Assembly (NCBI GenBank): GCA_902559355.1 | Contig: CACEHM010000001.1 | Coordinates: forward strand, 81,829 to 145,828 | Direction: 5' to 3' | DNA from: an uncultured Gammaproteobacteria bacterium | Lineage (GTDB): Bacteria > Pseudomonadota > Gammaproteobacteria > GCA-002705445 > GCA-002716945 | DNA length: 64,000 nt | Shown here: positions 50,598-62,000 of the stretch, in pieces | Position numbering within the stretch: the first letter of the stretch is position 1 | Layout: each line of letters begins with the position of its first letter | The notes under the pieces: model-generated | Told to the model about the DNA's origin: nothing | Databases searched by the model: none | The model's input: only the letters and a program-made list of their open reading frames with translations | Made by a program: the position numbers and the translations under genes

Positions 50598-51536
50598 TCA
50601 AGACTCATGATATTTATTAATTATTTTCAAAAGTTCATTTGATATTTTCATGGATAATCTATTTCGTATTTGCTGTACACCAGTTGGTGAGGTAATATTT
50701 ATTTCAGTAATATATTTGCCTATCATGTCAACACCCGCAAAGAATATCCTATAATATTTTAGAAATGATGCTACCTCATTTAATAGAGGAAGATATTTAG
50801 TATTGAGTTTAGTTATTTCATAACTACCACCACATGCTAGATTTGCTCTAAAGTCACCTTTGGCAGGAAAGCGCGTAAGGACATTTTTTTCAACTATACC
50901 GTTATATATTATAATTCTATTATCACCATTTTTAATTTCTTTTAGATATTTCTGAGTAATTATAATTTTATATTTCTTTATATATTGACTTAGTAGTGTA
51001 TGTGCATGTTTATTATTTTTAAGTTTTATAATTCCACTACCTGCCATCAAATTTGTTGGCTTTAAAACAACTTCTTTATGCTTAACCAAGAAATCCAATA
51101 TTTTTTTTTGGTTATCACCTATTATTGTTGGTATTTTTGGATTAGACAATTGATAGCCAAGTAATTTTTCATTAAATTTCAGTAAAGAATCCGGTGAATT
51201 TAAAACAAGAGTATTTTGGTATTCAAGTTCTTTAATTATTTGTACTAATGTTAGGTAGTGATGATCTACAGGAGGGTCTTTTCTAAAAAAAATACAATCT
51301 AATTTATTTAAGTTAATAGTCTTTGTGTTACTCAATTTATAATTTCTTTTATTAAGAGAGTCAATGTTAAAATCAGACACCTTCGCATAAACACAATTTG
51401 ATTCAGTAAAAATAGTATCTGATAAAATAAGCTTGATACGAGCTTTTTTTTGTAATGAGTTAATTATACTAATTGTTGAATCTGTTTTGAAATTTACAGA
51501 TTCAATAGGGTCCATTAAGATACCGATTACATACAT
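50598..51536 (-). CDS. gshB: Glutathione synthetase (ATP-grasp)
   Basis: 312 aa with the prokaryotic GshB pattern (N-terminal MYVIGILMDPIES, ATP-grasp KPTNLMAGSGI, and C-terminal GVDMIG...EINITSPTG). Confidence 0.85.
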   Translation of the reverse strand: MYVIGILMDPIESVNFKTDSTISIINSLQKKARIKLILSDTIFTESNCVYAKVSDFNIDSLNKRNYKLSNTKTINLNKLDCIFFRKDPPVDHHYLTLVQIIKELEYQNTLVLNSPDSLLKFNEKLLGYQLSNPKIPTIIGDNQKKILDFLVKHKEVVLKPTNLMAGSGIIKLKNNKHAHTLLSQYIKKYKIIITQKYLKEIKNGDNRIIIYNGIVEKNVLTRFPAKGDFRANLACGGSYEITKLNTKYLPLLNEVASFLKYYRIFFAGVDMIGKYITEINITSPTGVQQIRNRLSMKISNELLKIINKYHES

Positions 51537-51538
51537 AT

Positions 51539-52774
51539 TTAATCGAGATTGAACAGCTCTTTAGCGGCTGCAAGAATTGCAAGACGAGCCACAACACCAT
51601 ACACATAATACTTATTTATTTGTGAGTCTATATCCAGGCTTAAATCAGGAGAAATACATATATCATTTAATGGTATCGGTTGAAATATCATACCAGGAGA
51701 GTTTAAGTTCTCATTATTTGCTTTATTTTCATGAGTTCTATAAAAACCACCAATAAGAAAATTCGAGAAAGAATATATAACTGGCTCTGCCACATTACAT
51801 GATTCTTTGGTCTCCTCGAATGAATATACTCCCTCTTGAAGTATAACTTTATTTAATAAAACATTGCCTTTTGTTGATAACATTTTATTTCTTTGCTTGC
51901 GATTGAGATTTTTAATTTGATCAATAGAATCAATCGATATAACGCCCATTCCATAAGTTCCTGAATCAGCTTTTATAATAATAAAAGGCTTTTCATCAAT
52001 ATCATATTTTTCATATTTTTCCGAAATTATATTAAATAACTTTTCTGCATTATACACCAAGCAATCTTCACCTTGTTTTGTTTTAAAATTAATTTCACCA
52101 CAGTTTCTAAATTCAGGATCAATCATCCAGGAGTCTATTCCTAAAAGATTACTAAAATTACTACATACATCACTATAGTAGTTAAAGTGATCTGTTTTAG
52201 AACGTTTCGTCCATCCAATATTTTTTGAGGGCAATATTACTTGTTTAACATTATCTAAAAATGATGGTACACCTGCAGATAAGTCATTATTAAGAAGAAT
52301 TGCATCAGGAATAAACCCATCATATTCTAGTAAAGAATTTATATTTTTGAATTTACTATTATCCGTGATACTTGGTTTCGATACTTTTACTTCGTAACCT
52401 GCTTTTTCAATCAATCTTGATAGATACCCAAGGCTGTCCAAGTAGTGCTCATTTCTAGTATGATCCTCAGGGATAATAAGAATTTTATTAATTTTTGTTT
52501 TAAGAGTGTCTAATGAGTGTTTTACAGCTGTAACATAAAGTGATTGAAAATCACTATTGAGATTATTGAAACCAGCTGGAAATAAATTTGTATCAATAGG
52601 TGATATTTTAAATCCAGAATTTCTAATATCTATCGAGGAATAAAAAGGAGCAGGATATTTTAGCCATTGATTTCTGAACCAACCTTCAATTTGTTGGTGA
52701 TTAGCAATTATTTTTTCATGAATATTTTCATGATTCTTTCTATTGCTATAAACTATTTCTTGAAAAGCTTTCAT
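51539..52774 (-). CDS. gshA: Putative glutamate--cysteine ligase of a short, non-E. coli-type family
   Basis: 411-aa protein encoded immediately upstream of gshB with only a 2-nt gap. I see no similarity to the 518-aa E. coli GshA, but an ATP-grasp-like segment (IIIKADSGTYGMGV) is present. The assignment rests mainly on synteny and on my recollection that a short gshB-linked GCL family exists in some proteobacteria. Confidence 0.45.
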   Translation of the reverse strand: MKAFQEIVYSNRKNHENIHEKIIANHQQIEGWFRNQWLKYPAPFYSSIDIRNSGFKISPIDTNLFPAGFNNLNSDFQSLYVTAVKHSLDTLKTKINKILIIPEDHTRNEHYLDSLGYLSRLIEKAGYEVKVSKPSITDNSKFKNINSLLEYDGFIPDAILLNNDLSAGVPSFLDNVKQVILPSKNIGWTKRSKTDHFNYYSDVCSNFSNLLGIDSWMIDPEFRNCGEINFKTKQGEDCLVYNAEKLFNIISEKYEKYDIDEKPFIIIKADSGTYGMGVISIDSIDQIKNLNRKQRNKMLSTKGNVLLNKVILQEGVYSFEETKESCNVAEPVIYSFSNFLIGGFYRTHENKANNENLNSPGMIFQPIPLNDICISPDLSLDIDSQINKYYVYGVVARLAILAAAKELFNLD

Positions 52775-53477
52775 AATTATTTATTAAAGTTATCGCAGAT
52801 ATGCATGCAGTTTCAGTCCTAAGTATATTCACACTAATTTTTTTCATTTTCCATTCATTTTTCATAAAAGTATCTAGTTCAATATCTTCAAAGCCCCCTT
52901 CTGGTCCTATGAAAAAAGTTATATTATCTCCTGATAATTCATTATTAGAAAAAACCTCGCCATGCTGATGGAGTATGTATCTTGGACCTTTACTATTAGA
53001 AACAATATATTCATCTAATGTTAAAGGTGGATAAATTTTCATTAATTCACATCTTCCTGACTGTTCACTTGCATGAATAATAATTTTTTCCCAGTGAGAT
53101 ATTTTTTTGCTTATATCTTTATATTGACTTCTATTTGTATAAACTGGATAAAATTCATTTACCCCTAATTCTACAGATTTCTGGATTATTAAATCCATCA
53201 TTTTCATACTTACTATCGATACAGCAAGAGAAATTTTTTTTTTCAGGAATGTATCGGGAGCGATACTCTTCTTTAACGTGAGCGTGACTATTTTGTTTTC
53301 AAAGTTAAGAGAGCACAAATATTGATTTTTATGATTATTAAATATAATTAATTCGTCATTTTCTTTTATGCGTAATACATTCACTATCCTATGAGATAGC
53401 TCATTAGAGCAAGTGTGAGTATCTGTTTTTAGTTCCGAATTAACAAATAATCTATGAACTTTTTTTTGTTGCTTCAT
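52746..53477 (-). CDS. rsmE: 16S rRNA (uracil1498-N3)-methyltransferase RsmE
   Basis: 243 aa, N-terminal RLFV, PUA-like domain, C-terminal SPOUT domain (GPEGGF). It overlaps both neighbours. Confidence 0.7.
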   Translation of the reverse strand: MKQQKKVHRLFVNSELKTDTHTCSNELSHRIVNVLRIKENDELIIFNNHKNQYLCSLNFENKIVTLTLKKSIAPDTFLKKKISLAVSIVSMKMMDLIIQKSVELGVNEFYPVYTNRSQYKDISKKISHWEKIIIHASEQSGRCELMKIYPPLTLDEYIVSNSKGPRYILHQHGEVFSNNELSGDNITFFIGPEGGFEDIELDTFMKNEWKMKKISVNILRTETACISAITLINNYESFSRNSL

Positions 53478-54807
53478 CTACGCCTTCTTTCATTATTTCT
53501 GATACAAATGATATCTCTTTTTTTGTAATAACATAAGGGGGCATAAAATAAAGGACATTACCAAGAGGTCTCATGAGAACATTGTTCTTTAAGCCATGAA
53601 GATATGCTTTGATACCTCTTCGTTCTTTCCAATCATAAGAAGTTTTCTTTTTTTTATTCTTGACTAACTCTATTGCAAGCACCATGCCTTTCTGTCTTAC
53701 GTCAGATACATGTGGATGATCATTTAAAGATTCAAAACATTTTTTCATATGAAGTGATAACTTTTTATTATTTTCGACAACCTTTTTCTTTTTAAATAAA
53801 TTCAAGGTTGCATTAGCAGCTGAACAAGCGATAGGATTTGCAGTGTAGCTATGTGAATGGAGAAAAGCATTGAGCTTTTCATATTCATCATAAAAGGCAT
53901 CATATATATCATCAGTAGTAAGTATGGTTGATAGAGTCATATATCCGCCTGTAATACCTTTCGATAAACATATAATATCTGGTGTTATCTTAGCTTGTTC
54001 AAAACCAAACATAGTTCCTGTTCGTCCAAAGCCAACGGCTATTTCATCAGCTATAAGATGAACATTGAATTTAGTACAAGCTTCTCTAAGTAACTCTAAG
54101 TATTTGTGATGGTACATTCTCATATATCCGGCGCATTGAATTAATGGTTCAACAATCACCGCACAAACATTTCTGTGGTTATCTTTTAGAGCTTTATACA
54201 TTTTATTGAACATTTGCTCAGCATGTTCTTCTTCAGACACATTCTCTTTCTTACGATAACTATCAGGCGAATCAACAATGATTGTATCTTTAAGTATGCT
54301 TTCATAAGTTTTTTTATATAGATCTATGTTACTTACTGATAAAGAACCTAAAGTTTCGCCATGGTAGCTATTAGATAGGGCAATAAAACCTTTTTTAGAT
54401 TTCTTACCTTTATTTTGCCAATAGTGATAACTCATTTTCATCGCAGCATCGATAGACGATGATCCATTGTCAGTAAAAAAACATTTTGTAATTTTTTTGG
54501 GTGTGATTGATATTAATCCTTCAGCAAGATTTATCGCGGGTTCATGAGTAAAGCCAGCAAGAAGTACATGCTCAAGTTTTGATAATTGCTTTTTGATGCT
54601 ATTATTAATATAAGTATTTGAATGACCAAAGATGTTTACCCACCAAGAGCTTATGGCGTCGAGATATTTATTGTCATCATAGTCATATAACCAAACTCCT
54701 TTGCCTGATTTTATTGGGATCATAGGAATCTTTTCGTGATCTTTCATCTGTGTACACGGATGCCACACAGTTTTTAGATCTTTTTTTACTAATCTAGAGC
54801 GATTCAT
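53452..54807 (-). CDS. bioA: Adenosylmethionine-8-amino-7-oxononanoate aminotransferase
   Basis: Class III aminotransferase with a PLP-lysine region (DEIAVGFGRTGTMF...LSKGITGG) and a BioA-type N-terminus (VWHPCTQM). Confidence 0.8.
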   Translation of the reverse strand: MNRSRLVKKDLKTVWHPCTQMKDHEKIPMIPIKSGKGVWLYDYDDNKYLDAISSWWVNIFGHSNTYINNSIKKQLSKLEHVLLAGFTHEPAINLAEGLISITPKKITKCFFTDNGSSSIDAAMKMSYHYWQNKGKKSKKGFIALSNSYHGETLGSLSVSNIDLYKKTYESILKDTIIVDSPDSYRKKENVSEEEHAEQMFNKMYKALKDNHRNVCAVIVEPLIQCAGYMRMYHHKYLELLREACTKFNVHLIADEIAVGFGRTGTMFGFEQAKITPDIICLSKGITGGYMTLSTILTTDDIYDAFYDEYEKLNAFLHSHSYTANPIACSAANATLNLFKKKKVVENNKKLSLHMKKCFESLNDHPHVSDVRQKGMVLAIELVKNKKKKTSYDWKERRGIKAYLHGLKNNVLMRPLGNVLYFMPPYVITKKEISFVSEIMKEGVDEATKKSS

Positions 54808-54823
54808 AATTAGTCTCGACTAA

Positions 54824-56137
54824 TTAATATCTGTAAGTATCTTTTTTGAATGGTCCTGAAGTATTCACGCCTATGTAGTCAGCTTGTTCCTCAGTAAGAT
54901 TAGTAATTTTAGCGTCAAGTTTCTCAAGATGAAGTAAAGCTACTTTCTCATCAAGATGCTTAGGCAAAACATATACTTGTTTTTCGTATTTTGAGTTATT
55001 TTCCCATAGCTCGATTTGAGCCATTACTTGATTAGTGAATGAACATGACATAACAAAACTTGGATGACCTGTAGCACAACCAAGATTAATAAGCCTCCCT
55101 TCAGCTAATAATACAATCTTTTTACCATCAGGAAATGTTATTTCGTCAACTTGTGGTTTGATATTATCCCATTCATAGCCTTTAAGACTGGCAACATCTA
55201 TCTCATTATCAAAATGTCCAATATTGCAGACTATCGCTCCGCTTTTCATACTTTTCATATGATCATGATTGATTACATTATAATTTCCAGTTGCTGTGCA
55301 AAAAATATCTATTTCTGCGATCTTATCTTCTAGTCTAACAACGTCGTAACCTTCCATGCATGCTTGAAGCGCGCAAATTGGATCAATTTCTGTAATCATA
55401 ACTTTAGCGCCTAACGCTCTTAATGACTCAGCTGAGCCTTTTCCAACATCACCAAATCCGCACACGATACAGTGCTTGCCAGCTATCATTGTGTCAGTTG
55501 CTCTTTTTATACCATCTACAAGTGATTCACGACAACCATAGAGGTTATCAAATTTTGATTTGGTAACAGAATCATTTACATTTATTGCTGGCATCATCAG
55601 CGATCCTTCTTTCGCCATATCATATAATCGAAGAACACCAGTTGTTGTTTCTTCTGAGACACCTTTAATATCATCGATAAGATGTGGATATTCTTTGTGA
55701 ATCATGCTTGTTAAGTCACCACCATCATCTAGCAACAAGTTTGGTTTCCACTCAGGATTACCCTCAATCGATTGCTTTAAGCACCAAATGTACTCCTCTT
55801 CAGTTTCACCTTTCCAGGCAAATACAGGAATATTTTGATCAGCAATAGCCGCTGCCGCATGATCCTGAGTAGAAAATATATTGCATGATGACCATCTAAC
55901 TTCAGCCCCTAATTCAACTAATGTTTCTATTAATACCGCAGTTTGAATTGTCATATGAAGACAACCAATTATTCTAGTACCATTGAGAGGTTTGGATGAA
56001 CCATATTCTTTTCTAAGCGCCATTAATCCAGGCATTTCTGTCTCTGCAATTCTAATTTCTTTGTGTCCAAAACTTGCTTGACTCATGTCAGCAACTTTGT
56101 AATCGTCCTTAATTCTCTTAACTTTATCTAATTCCAT
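54824..56137 (-). CDS. ahcY: Adenosylhomocysteinase
   Basis: 437 aa with the N-terminal [30 protein letters not shown] and an NAD-binding motif GFGDVGKG. Confidence 0.95.
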   Translation of the reverse strand: MELDKVKRIKDDYKVADMSQASFGHKEIRIAETEMPGLMALRKEYGSSKPLNGTRIIGCLHMTIQTAVLIETLVELGAEVRWSSCNIFSTQDHAAAAIADQNIPVFAWKGETEEEYIWCLKQSIEGNPEWKPNLLLDDGGDLTSMIHKEYPHLIDDIKGVSEETTTGVLRLYDMAKEGSLMMPAINVNDSVTKSKFDNLYGCRESLVDGIKRATDTMIAGKHCIVCGFGDVGKGSAESLRALGAKVMITEIDPICALQACMEGYDVVRLEDKIAEIDIFCTATGNYNVINHDHMKSMKSGAIVCNIGHFDNEIDVASLKGYEWDNIKPQVDEITFPDGKKIVLLAEGRLINLGCATGHPSFVMSCSFTNQVMAQIELWENNSKYEKQVYVLPKHLDEKVALLHLEKLDAKITNLTEEQADYIGVNTSGPFKKDTYRY

Positions 56138-56151
56138 AATTAACCTCGTAT

Positions 56152-57312
56152 TTAAATTGCAGATTGTAGTATATCAATCTTATCTGTTTGTTCCCAAGTA
56201 AAATTCTTATCATTTCTTCCAAAATGCCCAAATCCAGCAGTTGGTTTGTATTTAACGTTTAATAAATCTAATGAACTTATAATTCCATAAGGAGTTAAAT
56301 CAAAAACATTACTAATTATACTGGATATTTTCTCATCAGAAATTGTACCAGTACCAAATGTATTAACCAATGTTGATGTAGGTTCAGCTACACCAATCGC
56401 ATAAGATAATTGAATCTCACATCTTGTTGCTAATTTTGCAGCGACTATATTTTTTGCTATATATCTAGCAGCATAAGCTGCAGATCTATCAACTTTAGAT
56501 GGGTCTTTTCCTGAGAATGCACCTCCACCATGTCTTGCCATCCCTCCATAAGTATCAACGATAATTTTTCTTCCAGTTAATCCTGAGTCTCCTAAAGGAC
56601 CACCTTCTACAAAATTTCCTGTAGGATTTATAAAAATTCTTGTTGTATTATTAATAAGTGAACTTGGTATAACTTTAAATATAATTTCATTTTTTACAAA
56701 TTCTCGGAGATTTTCTAAAGAAATATCTGAGGAGTGTTGGGTAGATAGAACAACTGTGTCGATAAATTTTGGTTTATCATTTTCATACTGAAAAGTAACT
56801 TGACTTTTAGCATCAGGTCTAAGCCACGACACTTTTTTTGATCTAAGTAGCTCAGTTTGTTTTTCCACTAGACGATGCGAATAATAAATAGGAGCTGGCA
56901 TCAGAAACTCAGTTTCATCTGATGCATAACCAAACATTAAACCTTGATCGCCCGCACCTTGTTTTTTTTGTTCGGCACGGTCAACTCCCATTTGTATATC
57001 AGGCGATTGTTTAGTTAATAATTTTATAATTTCACACTCATTACCATTAAATCCTAATTCATTCGAATCATAACCAATCTCTAGAATTGTTTTTCTAATT
57101 AACTCATCTACATTTAGATTCCCTTTCGTGGTTATTTCGCCACCAACTACAACTGTTCCAGGCTGATTTTCTTTACCTTTAACAAATGTTTCACAAGCTA
57201 CTCTAGAGTTTTTATCTTGTTCTAAAACATGATCAAGAATGGTATCAGAGAGGTGGTCACATAACTTATCAGGATGACCAGGGGATACGCTTTCAGACGT
57301 GAAATAATACAT
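56152..57312 (-). CDS. metK: S-adenosylmethionine synthetase
   Basis: N-terminal [19 protein letters not shown], and [19 protein letters not shown] motifs. Confidence 0.95.
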   Translation of the reverse strand: MYYFTSESVSPGHPDKLCDHLSDTILDHVLEQDKNSRVACETFVKGKENQPGTVVVGGEITTKGNLNVDELIRKTILEIGYDSNELGFNGNECEIIKLLTKQSPDIQMGVDRAEQKKQGAGDQGLMFGYASDETEFLMPAPIYYSHRLVEKQTELLRSKKVSWLRPDAKSQVTFQYENDKPKFIDTVVLSTQHSSDISLENLREFVKNEIIFKVIPSSLINNTTRIFINPTGNFVEGGPLGDSGLTGRKIIVDTYGGMARHGGGAFSGKDPSKVDRSAAYAARYIAKNIVAAKLATRCEIQLSYAIGVAEPTSTLVNTFGTGTISDEKISSIISNVFDLTPYGIISSLDLLNVKYKPTAGFGHFGRNDKNFTWEQTDKIDILQSAI

Positions 57313-57371
57313 CAGAGCAGTTTATACGACTATTACCTTATAATAAAGAGTATTATTTTGAAGTATGTGTA

Positions 57372-59054
57372 TTATTTTTTGAAGTTTTTGATAAATTGTC
57401 TTTCATCATCAGATAATTTATCACCATTAGAGTATCGATTTAATAAGTCAAAATATATATCTTCATTTGAATTCTTTTCAAGTTGAGAAGCTATTTCATT
57501 GATTGTCAATCTTGCTGAATCTTCAGATTTTTCATTTGACTGCATGGTCATTATTTTATGGATAATATGATCGTCTGTATATCGATTGATTATATGAGCA
57601 GCACTAAAGTTTTTATTCATTTTTTTCTCTTTCAATGCAGATTCATAAATATCTATTAGTACACTATTAGTTATATATTTGGCATAAGTACTATCTTCGA
57701 GGAGGCTGGGGTATTCCAGTAGTATATTGATTAACGTGAGTTCTTTGATATCAAAGTGATCTTTTTGAGTACTACTTTCTTTATTTACCGCCTCTACTTT
57801 TGGGGCAATATCTTTTCTTATAGTATTACCGCCAATATTCTCAAATTCTTTCTTTAAAATAGTGGTGTATGTAATATCAGGCATTTCATCGATTATTTTT
57901 TTTGCATTTATTAAGAATGCTGTACGACCCTCTACAGAATTTATATCTAAGTTTGATTTTAAAGATTGAATAATGAATTGCGATAAAGGCATTGCATTGT
58001 TTATCAAATTTAAAAACTCATCTTTTTCTTCTTTCACGAAAGTATCTGGATCTGAACCTTCTGGAAGGAAAATAAGACTTAATTGCACCCCATCTTTTAA
58101 TTCTGGCAGACAATTATTTATTGCTTTCCATGCTGCAGATTTACCTGCAACATCACCATCAAAACAAAAGGTTATATTATTCGTATATCTTAAAATTTTT
58201 TTGAAGTGGAATTTGGTGAATGCAGTACCTAAAGTGGCAACACAATTTTTAATACCAGAGTTATGTAATCCAATTACATCAGTATATCCCTCAACAATTA
58301 AAACCTTATCCTCTTGACTGATACTCTTCTTACTCTCGTATAATCCATATAGCTCATAGCTTTTATGAAATAATTTAGTTTCAGGTGAGTTTAGATATTT
58401 TGCGCCATCTTGTTGGTTAAATATTCTCCCGCCAAATCCAATAATATTCCCAGTAGAGTTCCTGATAGGAAACATTATTCTATTTCTGAACCTATCATAT
58501 ATTTTATTATTACTTTTAATTAAGAGGCCTGCCTCGAGTGCATTTTCTATTATTTTATCTTTGGTAAATATCTTTGTCAGATCATCCCAGCTATCATTAG
58601 CTAAGCCTATCTGGAAAGTTTCAATCATGGTTTGATTAATATCACGCTTTGTTAAATAAGCATTTGCATTATTATTAGACTTTAACGTTCTGTTATAAAA
58701 ATCTGCTGCTTTTTTATTTGATATGAAAAGGTTGTATGTTGTGTCATTTTTCTTTGTACTATCAGGCATTTCAATATTTGCAGCTTGAGCTAGTTTACTT
58801 AAAGCTTCGATAAAAGTTAAATGATCATGTTCAGTTAAAAACTTTATAGCGTCACCAGATGCTCCACAACCAAAGCAATGGTAGAACTGTTTATTAGACG
58901 ATACGTTAAAAGATGGAGTTTTCTCATTATGAAAAGGACAGAGACCCTTATAGTTTGTTCCATTTTTTGAGAGAGCCACTTTCTCTTTTATGAGCTCAAC
59001 TATGTCTGTAGAAGCTAAAACTTGATCAATAAACGCTCTATCAATGTTTGCCAT
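57372..59054 (-). CDS. dnaG: DNA primase
   Basis: Zinc ribbon (CPFHNEKTPSF...HCFGCG), TOPRIM motifs (EGYTDV, DGDVAG), and a C-terminal helicase-interaction domain. It is 560 aa. Confidence 0.9.
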   Translation of the reverse strand: MANIDRAFIDQVLASTDIVELIKEKVALSKNGTNYKGLCPFHNEKTPSFNVSSNKQFYHCFGCGASGDAIKFLTEHDHLTFIEALSKLAQAANIEMPDSTKKNDTTYNLFISNKKAADFYNRTLKSNNNANAYLTKRDINQTMIETFQIGLANDSWDDLTKIFTKDKIIENALEAGLLIKSNNKIYDRFRNRIMFPIRNSTGNIIGFGGRIFNQQDGAKYLNSPETKLFHKSYELYGLYESKKSISQEDKVLIVEGYTDVIGLHNSGIKNCVATLGTAFTKFHFKKILRYTNNITFCFDGDVAGKSAAWKAINNCLPELKDGVQLSLIFLPEGSDPDTFVKEEKDEFLNLINNAMPLSQFIIQSLKSNLDINSVEGRTAFLINAKKIIDEMPDITYTTILKKEFENIGGNTIRKDIAPKVEAVNKESSTQKDHFDIKELTLINILLEYPSLLEDSTYAKYITNSVLIDIYESALKEKKMNKNFSAAHIINRYTDDHIIHKIMTMQSNEKSEDSARLTINEIASQLEKNSNEDIYFDLLNRYSNGDKLSDDERQFIKNFKK

Positions 59055-59056
59055 AT

Positions 59057-62000
59057 CTAAGCAACTTTATTGATAGTATTTTTTATTATATCTTCCATTG
59101 ATGCATTGATTGGTTTTACTAATTTAAAATATTTAAGTTCAATATTAATATTTTTCATTATTGCTTTAGCCTTTTTACTTCCTGTTTCTTTAATATAGTC
59201 TCTAACAAGCTCTTTGAAGTATTTTAATGTGGTTTTATCTATTATTGATAAATCAATATGTTCAACAGAGCTAGCATTAAGATTCTTTGTGAGAGTATTA
59301 TTCTTATCATACACAAAAGCTATGCCGCCTGTCATTCCAGCACCAAAGTTGTTGCCTACTTCCCCTAAAATTAACGAACAACCACCAGTCATGTATTCAC
59401 AGCAATGATCACCTGCCCCTTCAACAACAGCTGTTGCTCCTGAATTTCTTACAGCAAATCGTTCACCCGCTTTTCCTTCAGCAAACATTTTACCACCTGT
59501 GGCTCCATACAGGCATGTATTTCCAATAATGCTATTCTTGTCAGCTATATTTTTAAAATCTGATGATGCTTTAATTATAATTTTTCCATCAGACATTCCT
59601 TTTCCAACATAATCATTAGCATCACCTGTCAAATATATTTCAACGCCCCCTGCATTCCATACACCAAAACTTTGACCTGCTGTCCCAACAAAATTTAATT
59701 TTATTGGTGTTTTTGAAAATCCATGGTTTCCATATAATTTAGCTATCGCACCAGATAAGCTTGCGCCGATTGAGCGATCAAGATTCTTGATATTATAATT
59801 TAGGCTTATACTTTTACGTTTCGATATAGCATTTTTTGAATCCCTAAGTATTTTATTTGCTAATACTCCTTTATCGAAGGGCTTATTAGATTTTACCTCA
59901 CAGTACTTAGGAGAATTTTTATCTGACACTGTTAACATTTTTCTGAGACTCAAAGATTTTTGTTTTTGTGTGATTCCTTTACTTATTGATAAGTACTGAG
60001 TCTGCCCTATAAGTTCGTCAATTGATTTAACTCCGATTGATGCCAAAATTTCTCTTACATCTTGGGCAATAAATTTAAAGTAATTTATGACTCTTTCAGG
60101 ACTACCTGAGAAATGTTTCATTCTCAATATTTTATTTTGAGTTGCAACACCTGTTGCACAGTTATTTAGGTGGCATATACGAAGATATTTACAACCTAAT
60201 GCAACCATCACGGAAGTACCAAAACCGTAACTTTCAGCTCCGAAAACTGCTGCCTTTATGACATCTAAACCTGTTTTAAGTCCTCCATCAGTCTGTATTC
60301 TTACTTTATGTCGCAGTTTATTAAGCATCAGCGTCTGTTGTGTTTCTACAATACCCATTTCCCATGGAGCACCAGCATACTTCACTGATGTTAATGGACT
60401 TGCACCAGTCCCGCCGTCATATCCAGATATAGTAATTAAATCCGCATATGCTTTAGTTACTCCAGCAGCTATAGTTCCAACTCCTTTTTGCGACACTAAT
60501 TTCACCGATACCAAAGCTTTATTGTTTACTTGTTTTAGGTCATATATAAGTTGAGCTAAGTCTTCAATACTATATATATCATGATGTGGTGGTGGCGAAA
60601 TTAAAGTTACACCCGGAACAGAATATCTAAGTTTAGCTATATACTGATCTACTTTATCACCAGGAAGTTGACCGCCTTCACCTGGTTTAGCGCCTTGTGC
60701 TATTTTTATTTGAATAACATCAGCATTTACTAAATAGTGCGGTGTAACTCCAAATCTGCCTGAGGCCACCTGTTTAATCTTAGATGTTTTAGGGGAGTTA
60801 TATCTTTTAATGTCTTCACCACCTTCACCCGAATTTGATCGACCACCAATAGCATTCATTGCAATAGCAAGAGCTTCATGGGCCTCTGGGGATAAAGCTC
60901 CAAGTGACATTCCGGCAGTATCAAACCTTTTTAGTATACTTTTAGATGATTCAACTTGTTCTATAGGTATAGAATTCTTATTTTTTAGAATAAATAAATC
61001 TCTAAGAAAACTTGGATCTCTGGAGTTGACTAAAGAAGAGAACTTTTTATAGTCTTCATATTCACCGCTAGTTACACAGGCTTGTAATGTTCTAACGACA
61101 TCCGGGTTGTAGTCATGATATTCACCTCCAGCTGTGAATTTGAGAAGTCCACCTTTAGTAATACCCTCAGAATTCTTTAGAGAATATTCCTTGTTTTTTT
61201 TCAAATCATTTTCGATGTCTTTAAAGCTTGCACCCTCAATTCTTGATGTATTATTTTTAAAACAAAGATTAATAACATCAGAATCGATTCCTATTGTCTC
61301 AAACAGTTGTGCACCCCTATAACTTGATACACAAGATATTCCCATCTTAGACATTATTTTTAATAATCCTTTATTGATACCTTTTATAAAATTTTGTACA
61401 TGAGCTGCATAAGATTTTCTGTCAAAACTATTCCTTATAATTAAGTCATTTATAATATTGAATGCGAGGTAAGGGTATACTGCAGATGCACCATAACCTA
61501 ACAAGACTGCGAAGTGATGTGAATTCCACGTAGATGCTGTCTCAACGATAATATTACAATCACATCTTAATCCTTCATTAATAAGTCTATGATGAACAGC
61601 GCCGACAGCCATTGCTGCAGGTATTGTAAGTTGATCCATATTAAGATCTTGATCAGATAATATTATAAGAACATTTCCCTTCTTCACACTACGAACAGCT
61701 CGGTCACAAATTGTATTAATAGCTTCTTCAAGGTCAATGTTTTTTTCATAGTGTAGGCTTAGGATGTCATTTGAAAAACCTTTTTTCTTATAAGTAATTA
61801 ATTTTTTAAATACTTGATTAGACAACACAGGAGAATCTAATATAAGTCTTCCTGCATGTAGAGATGATTCATCAAATAAATTTCTCTCAACTCCAAGACA
61901 AGTCTCAAGAGACATTACGCTTGTCTCCCTTAGGGAATCAATGGGTGGATTAGTTACTTGTGCAAATTGCTGTCTGAAATAATCATAAAGAGATCTTGAT

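Noticed and set aside
57313-57371. A SAM riboswitch upstream of metK
   Set aside because: The leader is only 59 bp between the dnaG stop and the metK start, too short for an SAM-I element, and I see no SAM-II-like pseudoknot motif by eye. I cannot exclude a short riboswitch class without a covariance-model scan.
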